From Octopus vulgaris (taxonomy: Eukaryota), in NCBI GenBank assembly GCA_951406725.2, contig OX597817.1, forward strand, positions 50,778,001 to 50,842,000: 64,000 nt of DNA, written 5' to 3'. The notes below the pieces were generated by a model, which was not told the origin of the DNA, searched no databases, and saw only the letters and a list, made by a program, of their open reading frames with translations. How positions within the stretch are numbered: the stretch's first letter is position 1; every line of letters starts with the position of its first letter. Below are positions 1 to 13,087 of the stretch, piece after piece. A program made the translations under genes and the position numbers.

Positions 1-749
1 TGTATGTCTGTATGTATGTATGTATGCATGTGTGTTTGTAAGTATGTATGTATGTATGTATGCATCTATCTATGTTTTCTTTAATTACTATTTGGAGAAA
101 TCCTATAAAACAGGAATTGGTTTCTTACAGAGAAACAACGCTCAGTGAATGGAAATAGAATAAGAGCAACGATGAAAAGTTACATTCCGTCTTGCAAAAA
201 AAATTTATTCATATTTTTACTACTTCGCATAGAGATTACTCTTATAAAGAGTGCCAAAGCTGGTCACTTGCTCTGCGGGAAAATTATTGCTTTACATGAT
301 TGCTTCTTCGATCTTTGCCAACTTAAACAAGCGCACCGAGTTATAAATGTGGATTTATAATCTGTGTGCAGAAGCTAAAAATTTTGCAGTAAATATTTTC
401 TTTTTCATTGATTTTGAAAGCAATGTTCTCTTATGAGGACAGCTGATCTCTACAACAGTGAACAATTTTCTTCTTTCTCTAAAGCAATTGTATTACGTCT
501 GTTGAAACGGGATGAGGGGTTTTAAATAGGAATGGTTAATCAATCTCCCTGTCGGCAATGCTTGTGTGTGTATTGATAAAAAAAAAGTCAGGAAGGGTTT
601 AGTCACGGTAATTGGCCCCAGTACTTATTTTTCAAGCTTGATACTTATTCACTGAGTGTCTGGTTTTGCCGAACCGCTAACTTATAGGGACGCCAACAAA
701 CCAACACCGATCGTCAAGCGGTAGGAGGCAGGCAAACAAAGATACGGAG

Positions 750-797
<48 letters not shown>

Positions 798-800
<3 letters not shown>

Positions 801-1011
801 CTTTTACTTGTTTCAATCATTTGACTGCGGCCATGCTGGAGCACCGCCTTTAGTCGAGTAAATCGACCCCAGGCCTTATTCTTTGTAAGCCTAGTACTTA
901 TTCTATCGGTCTCTTTTGCCCAACTGCTAAGTTACGGGCACATAAACACACCAGTATCAGTTGTCAAGGGATGTTGGGGGGACAAACACAGACACACAAA
1001 CACACACACAC

Positions 1012-1042
<31 letters not shown>

Positions 1043-1204
1043 CGACGGGCTTCTTTCAGTTTCTGTCTACCAAATCCACTCACAAAGCTTTGGTCGGCCC
1101 GAGGTTATAGTAGAAGACACTTGCCCAAGGTGCCATGCAGTGGGACTGAACGCGAAACCATGTGGTTGGTAAGCAAGCTACTTACCACACAGCCACTCCT
1201 GCCT
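798..1204 (-). mobile_element. SINE family A (tRNA-derived, internal microsatellite), full length
   Basis: Minus-strand head aggc..aggagtggctgtgtggtaag (A box) ..gttcagtccc (B box), ccttgggcaagt, 3' tail gaaacaagtaaaagag. Partial copies at 600-745 and 1225-1370. Confidence 0.9.
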
Positions 1205-1841
1205 CTATATGCACATATATATATATGATCAGCTTCACTCAGTTTCCATCTACCAAATCTACTCATAAGGCCTTGGCGGGCCCAGGGCTATGTTAGAAGG
1301 CAATTGCCCTCAGTTCCACGTGGTGTGACAGAACCCAGAACCCTGTTTTGGGGATGCAAACTTCTTACAGCTTCTATTTAATATTTATTCCACGGGAATT
1401 CTTACCACAAACGTTATTGCTCTAGCAGCATCATGCTCGATCGTAGAGCGTACAATTAATGACATTTTTGAGCAATTACTGCCAGTGTGTGGTCCTGAAA
1501 CCATCATCTGTCATGGAATGCGAAAGGTGCGGATTTAATGACTTTGCAACCTCTTTGTTCATCGTGCCAAAGCAATAACTTCGAAATGTGAATTGAATTG
1601 ACGTTCCCGAGTTTAAGAGAGGTTACGCTTGCTATCATTATTAATTTCATCCACAGGTTTACAATGAATAAACCCATGCATAAGAATTTTAGCAGGGTAG
1701 GTGAACAGAATATTTCTCCCTTTCAAGTCATTGGATGCACTGGTTCTCAATTCTGGTGTTACATGGAAGCTCCCTAGGAAGTGAATGCTTATTGTATCAG
1801 TATATTTCACTCTTGCATTGTTCTACACATGTATGTGTATA

Positions 1842-3454
1842 CAGGGTGGCCTAAAAGTCACTTGACTATTTCAAAATATAATATTCATTAGATATTCACA
1901 TTTATACTTTTATATACAATAAATATTTCGTTTTTAGATTTGGTTTGCAAGATTCTTTATATGAGTTCGTGTGTTGAAGCATATTCTGTTGTGTCTGGAG
2001 AGAGTCATTTTCTTCTTGTGCCCTATAATGTAACACACTCACAGGTAAAATTTCCACTTTTTTTCTTAATTTTATTTTCCTAAAATTTTCGTTGCGTCTT
2101 GCAAACTTTTCAATAGTTTTGACAGGTTTACAAGGCGGCGTGCTGGCAGAATCATTTGCAAGACGCAACGAAAATTTTAGGAAAAAAAATAATGAAAAAG
2201 TGGAAATTTTACCGGTGAGTGTGTTACATTATAAGGTACAAATAGAAACTGACTCGCCCCAGACACTACAAAACAATAAATACATTTCTTGAAAAATACC
2301 TTTAACCAGTTTTGAAAATGACCTTCACATGGCCACTATTTGGTTTCTTGACTAAAAAGGACTCTTCCTAAAGTGTGTTCCATCACCATTCGTAATGTTT
2401 TTGGCTTATTTTGTCAATTTCTTTACGGATGTTGGACATAAATTTCTTGAAAGTTTGAGGTTTGATACGGCATACTCTGTCTTTCAGATATCCTCACACA
2501 TCCTCTAATTGAATTTATAGTTTCTCGATATTATCGTCCTTCCTTAAAATATGCCTGAAGACAGCAACCCCAGTTTACTACCACCATAAAACACCACTGC
2601 TACCAGAAGCCCCATTTTACTACTGCCTTAAAGACAGTAGCCCCATTTTACCACTACCTACCTCTGGTATGTTCTCAATCGGAGGACGCATGTTCTTGGA
2701 TGACCCGCGACGTTTCTCCTGTGACAGAGCGTTGTCTGCCTAATCTACAACGAAATAAGGACCAAGAATTCTTCCCGCACTTACTCCACACGAAACCATT
2801 ATGGTTACGAGGTGCAGCTCACGTTAGTGGAATATTCTTGGATTTCTCGCATGCTGTATTTATTGACAAAAGCAGTCTCGGTGAAAGCGGGCCTCGTTAG
2901 CCCTAATGAGCTTTGCAAATAGTTTTTTTGTCTTCCCAATTCTGGTATCTGGGCAGCATACACTAAACGTACCCAATAATTCTCTGGTTTCAGGTCCTGC
3001 GCTTTCTACAGGAATAAATTCAGCGTCCTTTGAAACCTCTGCAATGAGTTACATGATATGGCCAGCTGCTGGGATCACCTTCAGATTAAAGTTGAAGGCT
3101 TTTTTCAATGCTCCCCAGAACATGTTGAATGTTGTCATGAGACGTCCCTGGACGTGGCATTCCAGCATGTGGTAAATCAATCACAGCTTCTTGTTTGTTT
3201 TAAATCGCCGGAATAAGTTGAGCATCGCTTGTTTAGATGGTGTTTGTCTGACTGCAACATGACGAATGTAAGCTATTTGTGTTACTATAAGTGATTGATA
3301 ATTTTGTAGCAAAAAATTCGATTATTTTTATTCTTTGATCTATCGTGATTTTCTCTATGATTATTTTTCGAGAATTACATGTCAATAATCTAAAAAACAT
3401 TAATTGCTAAAAAGTCGTATTTTGAAATGATAAAGTGGATTTTGGACAACCCTG
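1842..3454 (-). mobile_element. Decayed Tc1/mariner transposon (DUF4817-type N-terminus, DD41D/rosa-like)
   Basis: TA-flanked imperfect TIRs (cagggtggcctaaaagtcactt / aagtggattttggacaaccctg). Minus-strand peptide remnants ITIDQRIKIIEFF..PSKQAMLNLFRRF, ANEARFH..VNK, MVSCGVSAGRILGPYF and GYLKDRV..KPQT, with stops and frameshifts. Confidence 0.8.
1985..2277. repeat. Inverted repeat (about 120-bp arms) nested in a Tc1/mariner relic, with a U3-A8 hammerhead-like motif
   Basis: 1985-2105 pairs with 2155-2277. Reverse complement of 2080-2116 = cta TTGAAAA GtTTGC aagac GCAAC GAAA at TT tag. Confidence 0.8.
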
Positions 3455-4262
3455 TATATGTTCTTGTTTACTTTTAATTATTTTTAGCCTTTCTCTAAGG
3501 AAGGAGCTGTTGTCTAACAAAGGTACAAGTTCTATTGTTGGAGTATAGATAACAGAAACAAATTCACATTTTAAACTTGAGGAAAGTTTTATGTATATGT
3601 GTATCTCAGGTCACTTGTGCAGTTTCTCATGAGTGCTACAAGTAACGTGGAACCCAAAACAACTTGTTGCATGGTTGAGATATTGGCAACTAAACCGACA
3701 CACGAACCAGGCTAAACTTATGAGGACTTATTGCTAAAAACTGAACAGGACTAAAACAAAGACCGGCAAAACGGACGGGTGAACCCAGGGTAGTTTTCAT
3801 GACTGGCTAGCAATAGCGGTGTATTCAGAAATTACGGGTTGGTGTCCGGTGTGCTGGAGGACCCCTCTGGGCGCGAGGCACCCCTCAGCTTTTGTTAAAG
3901 CATGTCTCTTTGAGCAGGTCACTCTGATACAAAACAGGACATGAAAGGAATGGCTTTGGACATGTTGGAGATCTTTTGCATGCGCTTGATATCATGGCGC
4001 CCTCATAGCCAATATGAGCCAGGGACTCATACTGTCAGTAAACATCTTGCCTTTGCTTGTCTCTGGGCCATCTCAATGGGGTATTGTGTAAGCCTTATTT
4101 AGGCTAAAAGTTTGCACAGTCACTCCTGATATTTTACATGGGTATTGCTGTTTACTGCTTAGTGATGGTTCTGTCGTTTAAGCATGAATGTATGTATGTA
4201 TGTAGGTAGGTAGGTAGGTATGCATGCATGCACGTACGCAGGTACGTACGTATGTATGTATG

Positions 4263-4640
4263 TAACGATCGAGAAGGTGAATCACAATGACATTTTCGTG
4301 TGCACAGTTTGTGACAGACCATGCCTGCCTTTTGCTGGCCTCAAATCTAATCTGCAAACGCATGGAAAACGAACCTCCACCAACTATTCTGCCTATATGT
4401 CTGTGCACACCCTTGGATGCAGTGTATGCCAGAAGGTTTGCAAATCCAGCAGAGGCCTCAAAAGACATGTAAAGATACACAAAGAGCAGAACTTATCTGT
4501 AGCTCTTGGTGGTCCAAATCGGATTTGCAATCTATGTGGGTGTCTTTTCAGAACATTGTCCGGTTTAAAAAGTTACATCAGATGCTGTGATGGTGCTAAG
4601 GTGTAGGTACAGGAGGTGGTCAAACTCTCCATAAGGAGTA
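4263..4640 (+). mobile_element. 3' fragment of an RTE-like LINE with C2H2 zinc fingers
   Basis: CTVCDRPC..GLKSNLQTH, CSVCQKVCKSSRGLKRHVKIH and CNLCGCLFRTLSGLKS, then stop and short tail. Flanked by (TATG)n; no splice or promoter context. Confidence 0.6.
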
Positions 4641-6028
4641 GACAGCTACCAACCACCATGTATGTATGTATGTATGTATGGTTTGATAGCTGGATGGTTG
4701 GATGGATAGATGAAGGGATATTTGAGAAAATGGATGAGTAGTTGAATGAATTCATGTGTAGATTTAAGAGTGTTAGTGACCGAAAACGTGTGTATGTTAT
4801 GGCCAACAACATTATCCAGTTTGGGTCTGTTCATTGTACTGTCATTTCCTGTAATATACCATTGTTGCACTAGTAAGAACTGATATAACAACAGGTACTA
4901 TTATTTTAAAGATATATTAAACACACGCATAAAAGCCTTGGGACGTATCTGCTCATACTCAATTGTACACAGACACACATGCAAACAAATAAACACACGC
5001 GGATACACACATAAACAAACTAACATACACATACTCACAGGGAGATTCGTACGTGTCTTTGCTTCAGTAACACGATTCAGGCTTACATTATTACATTTAC
5101 ATATTTCTGTATTTCACAATCTGAGTTTAACACTTTATATTAAATTTCATATGACCAAATACACTAAAAAGTACATTGTATACATATGATATGAATTACA
5201 ATATGGACAGGGAGATAGTATAAAAGCAGGTCTCAAGTTGGGATTAAGTTATAATCTACAGCTCACAATATCTCTTTGGTGATAGACATAAACGGAATAA
5301 ATCTTCTGCGACAATATCGATTTCCTACTGAGAGAAAAATCAACAAATTTATAGGCGCGTGAGATTTGCGAAGATGGGATTTACATACCATTTTCAAAGT
5401 TATTAATTTTCTAAGATAAATAACCTGGCCTCCACAAAAAATCCAAATCCTCTCGTGATCTTGACACGACATGGTTTTTTTTTTTTTTCTATCGTTTCTT
5501 CTTTTTTTCTTGACTTAGCTGTATTTATCTAATGTTTCGTTTTTAAACTAGATACATAAGTTTTATACTTTCGCAGATAAGCAGGTGGAGGCTTGACATC
5601 TTGACAGTCTTGTATAATCCGAAGAATTTTGTGGCGTAAATATATTGGAATGATTTTGAAAGGGTAAAAGGCAAACCTGCCGTAGAATCTGGTCACCTTT
5701 TATTTTGAAATATTGGTTTATTTCGATAAAATATAGAAGCCATTACTGCCACTAATTTAAAATCAGAAATTGGATTACACGCTGTTATTATTTCTTATAA
5801 GGGTCAACGATAAAAAAAAACTATTCCATCAGAAAATTGCGTTAAAATAAATAACAAGGCATCATCTTTTATGTAAACAACAGAGATGCAAACATTTGGC
5901 AGGTCGGAATCTGGAAGCATTTAGAAAATACTATAAGTGTTATTAGTGGTGTGCAAAGCTCTTATTAATCATCTTGGTTATTGCTCCCTCTTATGACAAT
6001 AGTTCGAAGCTTAATAGTTATCAACACA

Positions 6029-6370
6029 GGTGGCACCTAAGCAAGTGTCTTATACTATAGCCTCGGCCCGACCAAAGACTTGAGTGGATTTGGTAGACGG
6101 AAACTGAAAGAAGCCCGTCATATATATATATATGTATGTATGTAAGTGTGTGTATATGTTTGTGTGTCTGTGTTTGTCCCCCCAACATCACTTGGCAACC
6201 GATGCTGGTGTGTTTACGTCCCGTAACTTAGCGGTTGGGCATGCATGACCGATAGAATAAGTACTAGGCTTACAGAGAATAAGTACTGGGGTCAATTTTG
6301 CTCGACTAAAAGGTGGTGCTCCAGCATGGCCACAGTCATATGACTGAAACAAGTAAAAGGGTAAAAAGAG
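6029..6370 (+). mobile_element. SINE family A, 5'-truncated
   Basis: Colinear with the family A consensus from ggcacct..gcaagtgtct to the tail. Confidence 0.88.
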
Positions 6371-7180
6371 AGATTAATATTATCCACTGCCCCACACTCA
6401 CAAATTTCATGCTCCATCGCTTTGTGAAATAATCGATATTTTGATGATCAGAAGCAAAAGTGACAGTTGTCTATTGATACCGCATTAGCCAACTGACCAG
6501 AAAATTCACGCATGGTTTCGATTTAACGGTGTTCAACTATATACAAAGCATTTATATCAGTGTAGCTTATGTTAAATTCACCTTCCTGTAGAGTTGTAAA
6601 TAGTTTAGTTTGAGTCCTGCTTTGAATGTGGATAACGTTAGGAGAATATATTGCGATGTATTTTCCCCCAAGAAACCATCACCATATATCTCCTTAGCTA
6701 CTTCTTGTGTCTTCCGAATTCATCCACTCCATTTATACATAATTTCCCACTTTCGCACATCATCCAATTTACTACCATTTCATTACTGCTTTCCCTCTTA
6801 ATCTACAGCGTTACTATTTCATATATTTAGTAACACTTCCATTTAACACTTCATTTATTGCATTACAATACAATTTGACCCTGTATCACTTTATCTATTG
6901 TATTGCTATTAATCATATCTATACGCTATGCTCATATTTACTAGATCACCTCCGTAGTTCATTCTCTGTGACTGCTTGCAATAAGAAAATGCATTAACTG
7001 TGGCCGATCTGTTAGATTAACAGCTTAGATATCGTCAGCGCTAAAACTTTCTATTTTGTCAGTATCATATTTACAGCCAGTTTTATTTTCTGTAAATAAG
7101 ATTGACGTTCAGCATTACCGCCAGAAATGTAGCTATATTTCTACATTCGAAACGCGGAATAGATAAAACAAGGGACAACT

Positions 7181-7412
7181 TATTTCTTTATTGCCCACAC
7201 GGAGCTAAACACAGAGGGGACAAACAAGGACAGATAAACGGATTAAGTCGATTGCATTGACCCCAGTGCGTAACTGGTACTTAATTTATCGACCCCGAAA
7301 GGATGAAAGGCAAAGTCGACCTCGGCGGAAATTTAACTCAGAACATAAAGACAGACGAAATATTCCTAAGCATCTCGCCCGGCGTGCTAACGTTTCTACC
7401 AGTTCGCCGCCT
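7181..7412 (-). mobile_element. SINE family B (tRNA-like head ggcggcgagctggcagaa..gagttcaaattcc; conserved gtcgactttgcctttcatcctttcggggtcgataaa domain)
   Basis: Multi-copy in the window; A/B-box-like head. Confidence 0.85.
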
Positions 7413-7565
7413 GATGAAGGGAATGTTCTTTATGTTGCCTGTCTCATTTCTCTATTTGTTTCTTTCGTTGTTCAAAAAAAGTTCATTTTCTATGTTTTTT
7501 TAATGTCCTGTATCTATATACACATGTATATGTACATATATATGTAGGTATGTACATATATATAT

Positions 7566-8097
<532 letters not shown>

Positions 8098-8098
8098 G

Positions 8099-8158
<60 letters not shown>

Positions 8159-8453
8159 TATATATATATGCATATAACTATATATTATTTATATAAATAT
8201 GTGTGTGTGCGTGTTGTGTCTCTCAATCGGTGTTTGTTTTCCATCACCGCTTTACAACCGGCGTTGCTGTGTGTACTGTACAGTAAATTACCGGTGTTCT
8301 GCAAAAGAGACTGATAGGATAAGTACGAGGGTTTACAAAAAAAATCATTAGTTTTGGGGCAATCCATTCGACTAAAATGCTTGATGGCGATGCCCAACAT
8401 GGTCGCAGTCCTATTAATAAAATAAGTAAAAGATTAAAAAAAATAAAAGATTA

Positions 8454-8845
8454 AGGAGTATGACTGGCCGTGTGGTAAGAAGCTTGCTTCCCAACCACAT
8501 TGTTCCGGGTTTGGTCCCACTGCGTGCACCCTGGGAAAGTGTCTTCGATTTTAACCTCGAGCCAACCAAACCCTTGTGAAAGGATTTGGTAGACGAAAGC
8601 CGAAATAAGCCCGTCGTATATATGTGTGTGTGTGTATGTGTTTGTGTCGGTCTTTGTTCCCTCATCATCGCTTCACAACCGATGTTGGTGTGTTAACGTC
8701 CTCATAACTTAGCGGTTCGGCAAAAGGCCCCGATAGAATAAGTAGTAGGTTTACAAAGAATAAGTCCTGTGGTCGACTTGTTCAACTAAAAGACGGTGCT
8801 CCAACACGATCGCAGTCAACTGACTGAAACAAGTAAAGGAATATA
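8454..8845 (+). mobile_element. SINE family A, diverged
   Basis: Head, body and tail recognisable; another decayed 3' half at 8195-8435. Confidence 0.85.
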
Positions 8846-9211
8846 AGAATAAACGAATGAGAGAACAACGGTGTAGTTCGTATACTTGAAGCTTCCTGTG
8901 ATTTTTGGCTGCCAGAAGAAGATCCAGAATGTTTTTTTAATAAGCGTTTCAAGAATTTATGTAATAAAATATGAGTTTGTTAGAAGATGAGAAGTATTAG
9001 ATTAACAAAAAGGAATATTATATGACATAGTGCTTACGATGTTTTAAGGCCGTTCACACAAAGCACCACACACGCACAGAAGTACACACACGTACACAGA
9101 GGCGCGCGCAAAAGTGTTTGCCCCCACATCTATTGTATTGAATTTAATAGTGTTACATAAACACTACATGAAACAATTAACGAACGCGCATGAACATCAG
9201 TAAATAGACGT

Positions 9212-9221
9212 GGTAATGGTG

Positions 9222-9261
<40 letters not shown>

Positions 9262-9770
9262 CGTAGGTGGTGGTGGTGGTGGTGGTAGTAGTAGTGGTGT
9301 TGGTGTAGGTGGTAATAGTAGTGGTGGTGGTGGTGGTAATATTAGTAATAGTTGTGCTAGTAGTAGTTGTGATGGTGGTAGTATTAGTGATAGTAGTAGT
9401 AGCAGCAGCAGTAATATCAGTTGTATAAGTATAATATTAGTGACTAATAATTAGTTGAAGCAGGAGTAGTATTATTACTAGAAGCAGCAGCAGCAGCAGT
9501 CAAGGTGTGGCAGCAGGAGGAGGGGGAGAGAATGGGGGCTTTAGTAATAGTAGTAGCACCAGTAGAAGAAGTGATAGTAGTAGCAGCAGCAGTACCACCA
9601 TCACCACCACCACCACCACCACCACAACATGGGGTGGAAGTGTGTGTTGCGTGGTTTCTGGGGACATGCAAAAATGTTGTTTTACTTCGGAACGAACACT
9701 CTTCATGCAACAAGTCTATAGATAAATGGTAGAATTGTATCATTCGAGTTAGAACTGCTGCTACTACTAC

Positions 9771-9802
<32 letters not shown>

Positions 9803-9803
9803 C

Positions 9804-9837
<34 letters not shown>

Positions 9838-9848
9838 ACTAGTAGTAA
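9212..9848. repeat. Mixed (TAG/TGG/CAG/CAC)n trinucleotide region
   Basis: Directly visible; similar tract at 32425-32620. Confidence 0.9.
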
Positions 9849-10369
9849 TCGATTGTGGTTTACGGTGCTTAGGCATGTCTAAATAAAAATGAATGGTACT
9901 GATTAATTGATTGATGTGATAACGATGGAAGAAATGATGGAGAACAGGAAGAGCTTGAAATAACACTGTGGTTGTTGCTTTTTTTCTTTTATTCGGGTTG
10001 TGTCGGTGCGTCGGTAGGGGGGGGGGCGGTTATATTTTTAACTTAACTGAAAATTTTTCCTTTTTTACGTTCCACAGAGCGAGTGCGTGTTAGGACAGAA
10101 AGTAAGTACTGCTTCAACTTCTACGATTCACTGGACCGGAACCTTGTTTGCCGTGGCGTCGGAGTGAATGAGATTAGAATGTCCTTCACCTTTGAAGCGG
10201 AGACTGTTTCAGGGTGTTAATTATTCACATGGTTCCGGGTTTAGTCTCAGTGCCTCACACCCAGTGTATGTGTCTTCTGCTATAGCCTCAGGTGAACAAA
10301 AGCATTGTATGCGGATTTAGTTCACACACACACACACACACATATTAAAAATGGGAACGGCCGGTTTAT

Positions 10370-10430
10370 GAGATTACTTTAAGTTTCCCGTCCATAAAGG
10401 GTTTAGCTTTATGGCGTATCATCAGATCCC
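10370..10430 (-). ncRNA. Type-I hammerhead
   Basis: Reverse complement gggat CTGATGA tacgCCATAAAG ctaaacc CTTTATGGacgg GAAA c ttaaa g TA atctc. Confidence 0.8.
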
Positions 10431-10507
10431 AAAACCTGTTGGCCCCTGGTTGAGTAGTGAGGCATTTCTTCCCCATATTATTAAGAGGCCTTAGGCCAGT
10501 AGATTTT

Positions 10508-10568
10508 GGGATCTGATGATACGCCATAGAGCTAATCTTATTGTGGACGGGAAACCTAAGGTAATCCC
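10508..10568 (+). ncRNA. Type-I hammerhead
   Basis: gggat CTGATGA tacgccata..tgtggacgg GAAA cc taa gg TA atccc: 5-bp stem I, stem III acc/ggt, GUA triplet. Confidence 0.8.
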
Positions 10569-10729
10569 ATAAACCTTCCTCATTTTTAATATATACTGCT
10601 CTAAAACTTAGAGCGTGCCTTTTTTTTTATTTATGTTTTTTTACAACCTGTATCCCTCTGGTAAAGTTCAAATCATACTGATGATGTTTGTTACATAGAT
10701 CGAGATAAAATCAAAAAAAATAACATATA

Positions 10730-11065
10730 TATAAAATAGAAATATTAATATTTCTAAATCTCTCTTGAGAAGACTACGGCAGCGGTACTGGATATTAATA
10801 ATTATCGTCAAGCTAATATGGCAGTTCAGGAAAATAGGACGAATACTGCCGTTCATTAGCTCCAAGAGGCCTTCGGCTATAGCTAGCTATGTAACAGACA
10901 AACCTATGTCCATTATAACCTTCGAATAGGGGAGGTCAGCAGCGACGCCTGCTGGTTTCGGCTACTCCACATTCATAAGGGGCAAATAACCCGAAACTAG
11001 TCTGTGATTGTCAAACCAGCAAGGGGAAGCTGCTGACCTCCCCTGTTCAAAGGTTATAATGGATT
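10730..11065. mobile_element. Older diverged relative of the 35471 repeat unit, with inverted tail and decayed hammerhead
   Basis: Shares taatatggca, attagctcca.gaggcc and tataaccttcgaa..gggaggtcag with the 35471 unit. Inverted repeat 10910-10943/11029-11063. Degenerate HHR caca TTCATAA gggg..ccc GAAA ctagTC tgtg at 10968-11006. Confidence 0.7.
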
Positions 11066-12037
11066 TGGTATTTAGGGTTTTTGTCTACGGGGTATTGGTC
11101 TAGGTGCTGGCTAACGGGAATTTTCCTAGTTGAGGGGTCCCAGATTTGTTGTCTGTGCACAGTAAGTCTATCCCTCAAAGTTAAGCTTGTTTGAGCAATG
11201 TAGTCTCTCTTGTGAGACACATCAAATATCCGTCTAATGTAAATTATGTATCAGGGACAAATCGCACACTTTGTTACTTGATGGGTGATATAAGAAAGTA
11301 TCAAGTAGATAAGACAATTTAATCTACCCTTCCATATTTTCACTCGATATCTGTGACCCGTTTCCTATAATATACGCTAGACCTGTGGCATTTATGAAAC
11401 CATGCATCACTTGAAGCTTTTCAGTTATTAAGATTCCCGGATAGAGTTTTAGTAACTTAATTCATTGATACGTATGGAAGCTGCATTTAAATTTCCCAAT
11501 ATGACGAAATCTTGTCGAATTTAAAATGCACTGACGGTTTAAAATTGTTTGGAAGATAAAAGCAAAAGATTATTTATAGGATAATCCTTTTACAACACCT
11601 GTCCTATTTAATACCATATGATTAAAATTCTTCCAGAGGAAATTGATTTCCTTCTTATGGGAAAGCAAACTAAATGCCTTGAAGATACGTGCGATCGATT
11701 GAGATATCTATAGATTTCTATTATATTTTCTATAATTTCTCTTATGCAATATGCACATTATTATGCATAAAATGGCGACCTGTCAGAGTCGTTGCTGCTC
11801 AGACAAGAGAGGTAAGCGGAACTTTACGCTCTGAGGTCTAACACCACCATGGTCGAATACTGGCGTCGATATAATACACTTATCTCTCCACCGAAATTTC
11901 TGGCATTGTGTCAAATTTTGAAAATTATATACATGTGTTTCTATGTATGTATGCATTCATGTATGTATGCATTCATGTATGTATGCATTCATGTATGTAT
12001 GTATGTATGTATGTATGTATGGATGGATGTATGTATG

Positions 12038-12300
12038 CGTGCAAATTCGTATGCTTTGTTCTATGTATGTATGTGTGCAAATTCGTATGCTTTGTTCTAT
12101 GTATGTATGTGTGTATGTATGTATGTAAATTCGTATGCTTTGTTCTATGTATGTATGTGTGTATGTATGTATGTATTTATGTATGCAAATTCGTATGCTT
12201 TGTTCTATGTATGTATGTATGCATGCGTGCAAATTCGTATGCTTTGTTCTATGTATGTATCTATACGTGCAAATTCGTATGCTTTGTTCTATGTATGTAT
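12038..12300. repeat. Minisatellite, 6 copies of gcaaattcgtatgctttgttct separated by (atgt)n
   Basis: Directly visible. Confidence 0.9.
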
Positions 12301-12839
12301 TCTCATACATATAGCTGCATATCTAGACATGCTCATATATACTTAAATGATAAACTTCAAATATTTACAGATCCTGTAAATATGGATTGGATCTGTAGTA
12401 TTCGTATATGTGTGAGTGTGTATACTATTTTAACGCTTCGAGAGATATGGATTAAATCGTTATTCAAGGTCAAATTCCATGTAGATAAAGCCATAAGTTA
12501 TAACGAGACACACGTCGAAGACTTTATCCCCAGAAGGGTTTTCGTAACCTAATATTCTACTTACTGTTATTTATAACTTATCTACGGCGACTTCCGCGTT
12601 TACAAGCGTTATATAATCACGTGTGCAAAGGAGAATGTAAATAGTATAAAAAGTTAGTCTTCATTTACAGTACGCAACCTCAACACTAATTTTCAAATGT
12701 TATGCGTAAGACTATTCATCGCCCAACATATTAAGAAATAATCCTTATTTAAAGATATTCACAAGTAAATTCATCTATGGATACCATCTGATAAAACCTG
12801 ACGGTTTAACTATACCAAGATGGAGAATTAGCTAAACTG

Positions 12840-13087
12840 TTGTGTTGGTGCATAACTATTGAGGCTTTTTTCAACAAATTCTATTCAACAAAAACAATAA
12901 CAACAGGTAACAAAAATATCTTTAAATGATTATTCCGAAGCGTATTCACCATCTACTTCAATTACTGCTTCCCATTTGTTTGGCAGACAGTCAGACCGTT
13001 ATTTAAAGATGTTTTTGTTAAAAAATTGTTATTGTTGTTGAATAAAATTTGTTGAAAAAAGCCGCAATAATTATGCATCAACCCAAT
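12840..13087. mobile_element. Mariner-derived MITE with about 90-bp TIRs
   Basis: gttggtgcataactattgaggcttttttcaacaaatt.. pairs with ..aatttgttgaaaaaagccgcaataattatgcatcaac. Confidence 0.8.

Larger units (their letters stand above)
10342..10592. repeat. Diverged inverted repeat (about 92-bp arms) with two outward-facing hammerheads
   Basis: 10342-10435 pairs with 10503-10592 (atattaaaaatg...atcagatcccaaaa / ttttgggatctgat...catttttaatat). Confidence 0.85.

Noticed and set aside
971-1228. Recurrent short ORFs ([14 protein letters not shown].., [14 protein letters not shown]..) found many times
   Set aside because: Antisense translations of SINE family A; recurrence reflects repeat copy number, not a gene family.
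3620-4175. GC-richer unique segment that may be a LINE or other TE fragment
   Set aside because: No motif could be identified with confidence by eye.
9444-9966. Poly-Ala/Thr/Ser/Gly ORFs resembling a transcription factor low-complexity region
   Set aside because: Trinucleotide repeats with stops in neighbouring sequence and no recognisable domain; an exon cannot be excluded but is unsupported.
12038-12300. CRISPR-like regularly spaced 22-bp repeat
   Set aside because: The spacers are variable-length (atgt)n rather than unique sequence, there are no cas genes, and the context is eukaryotic.
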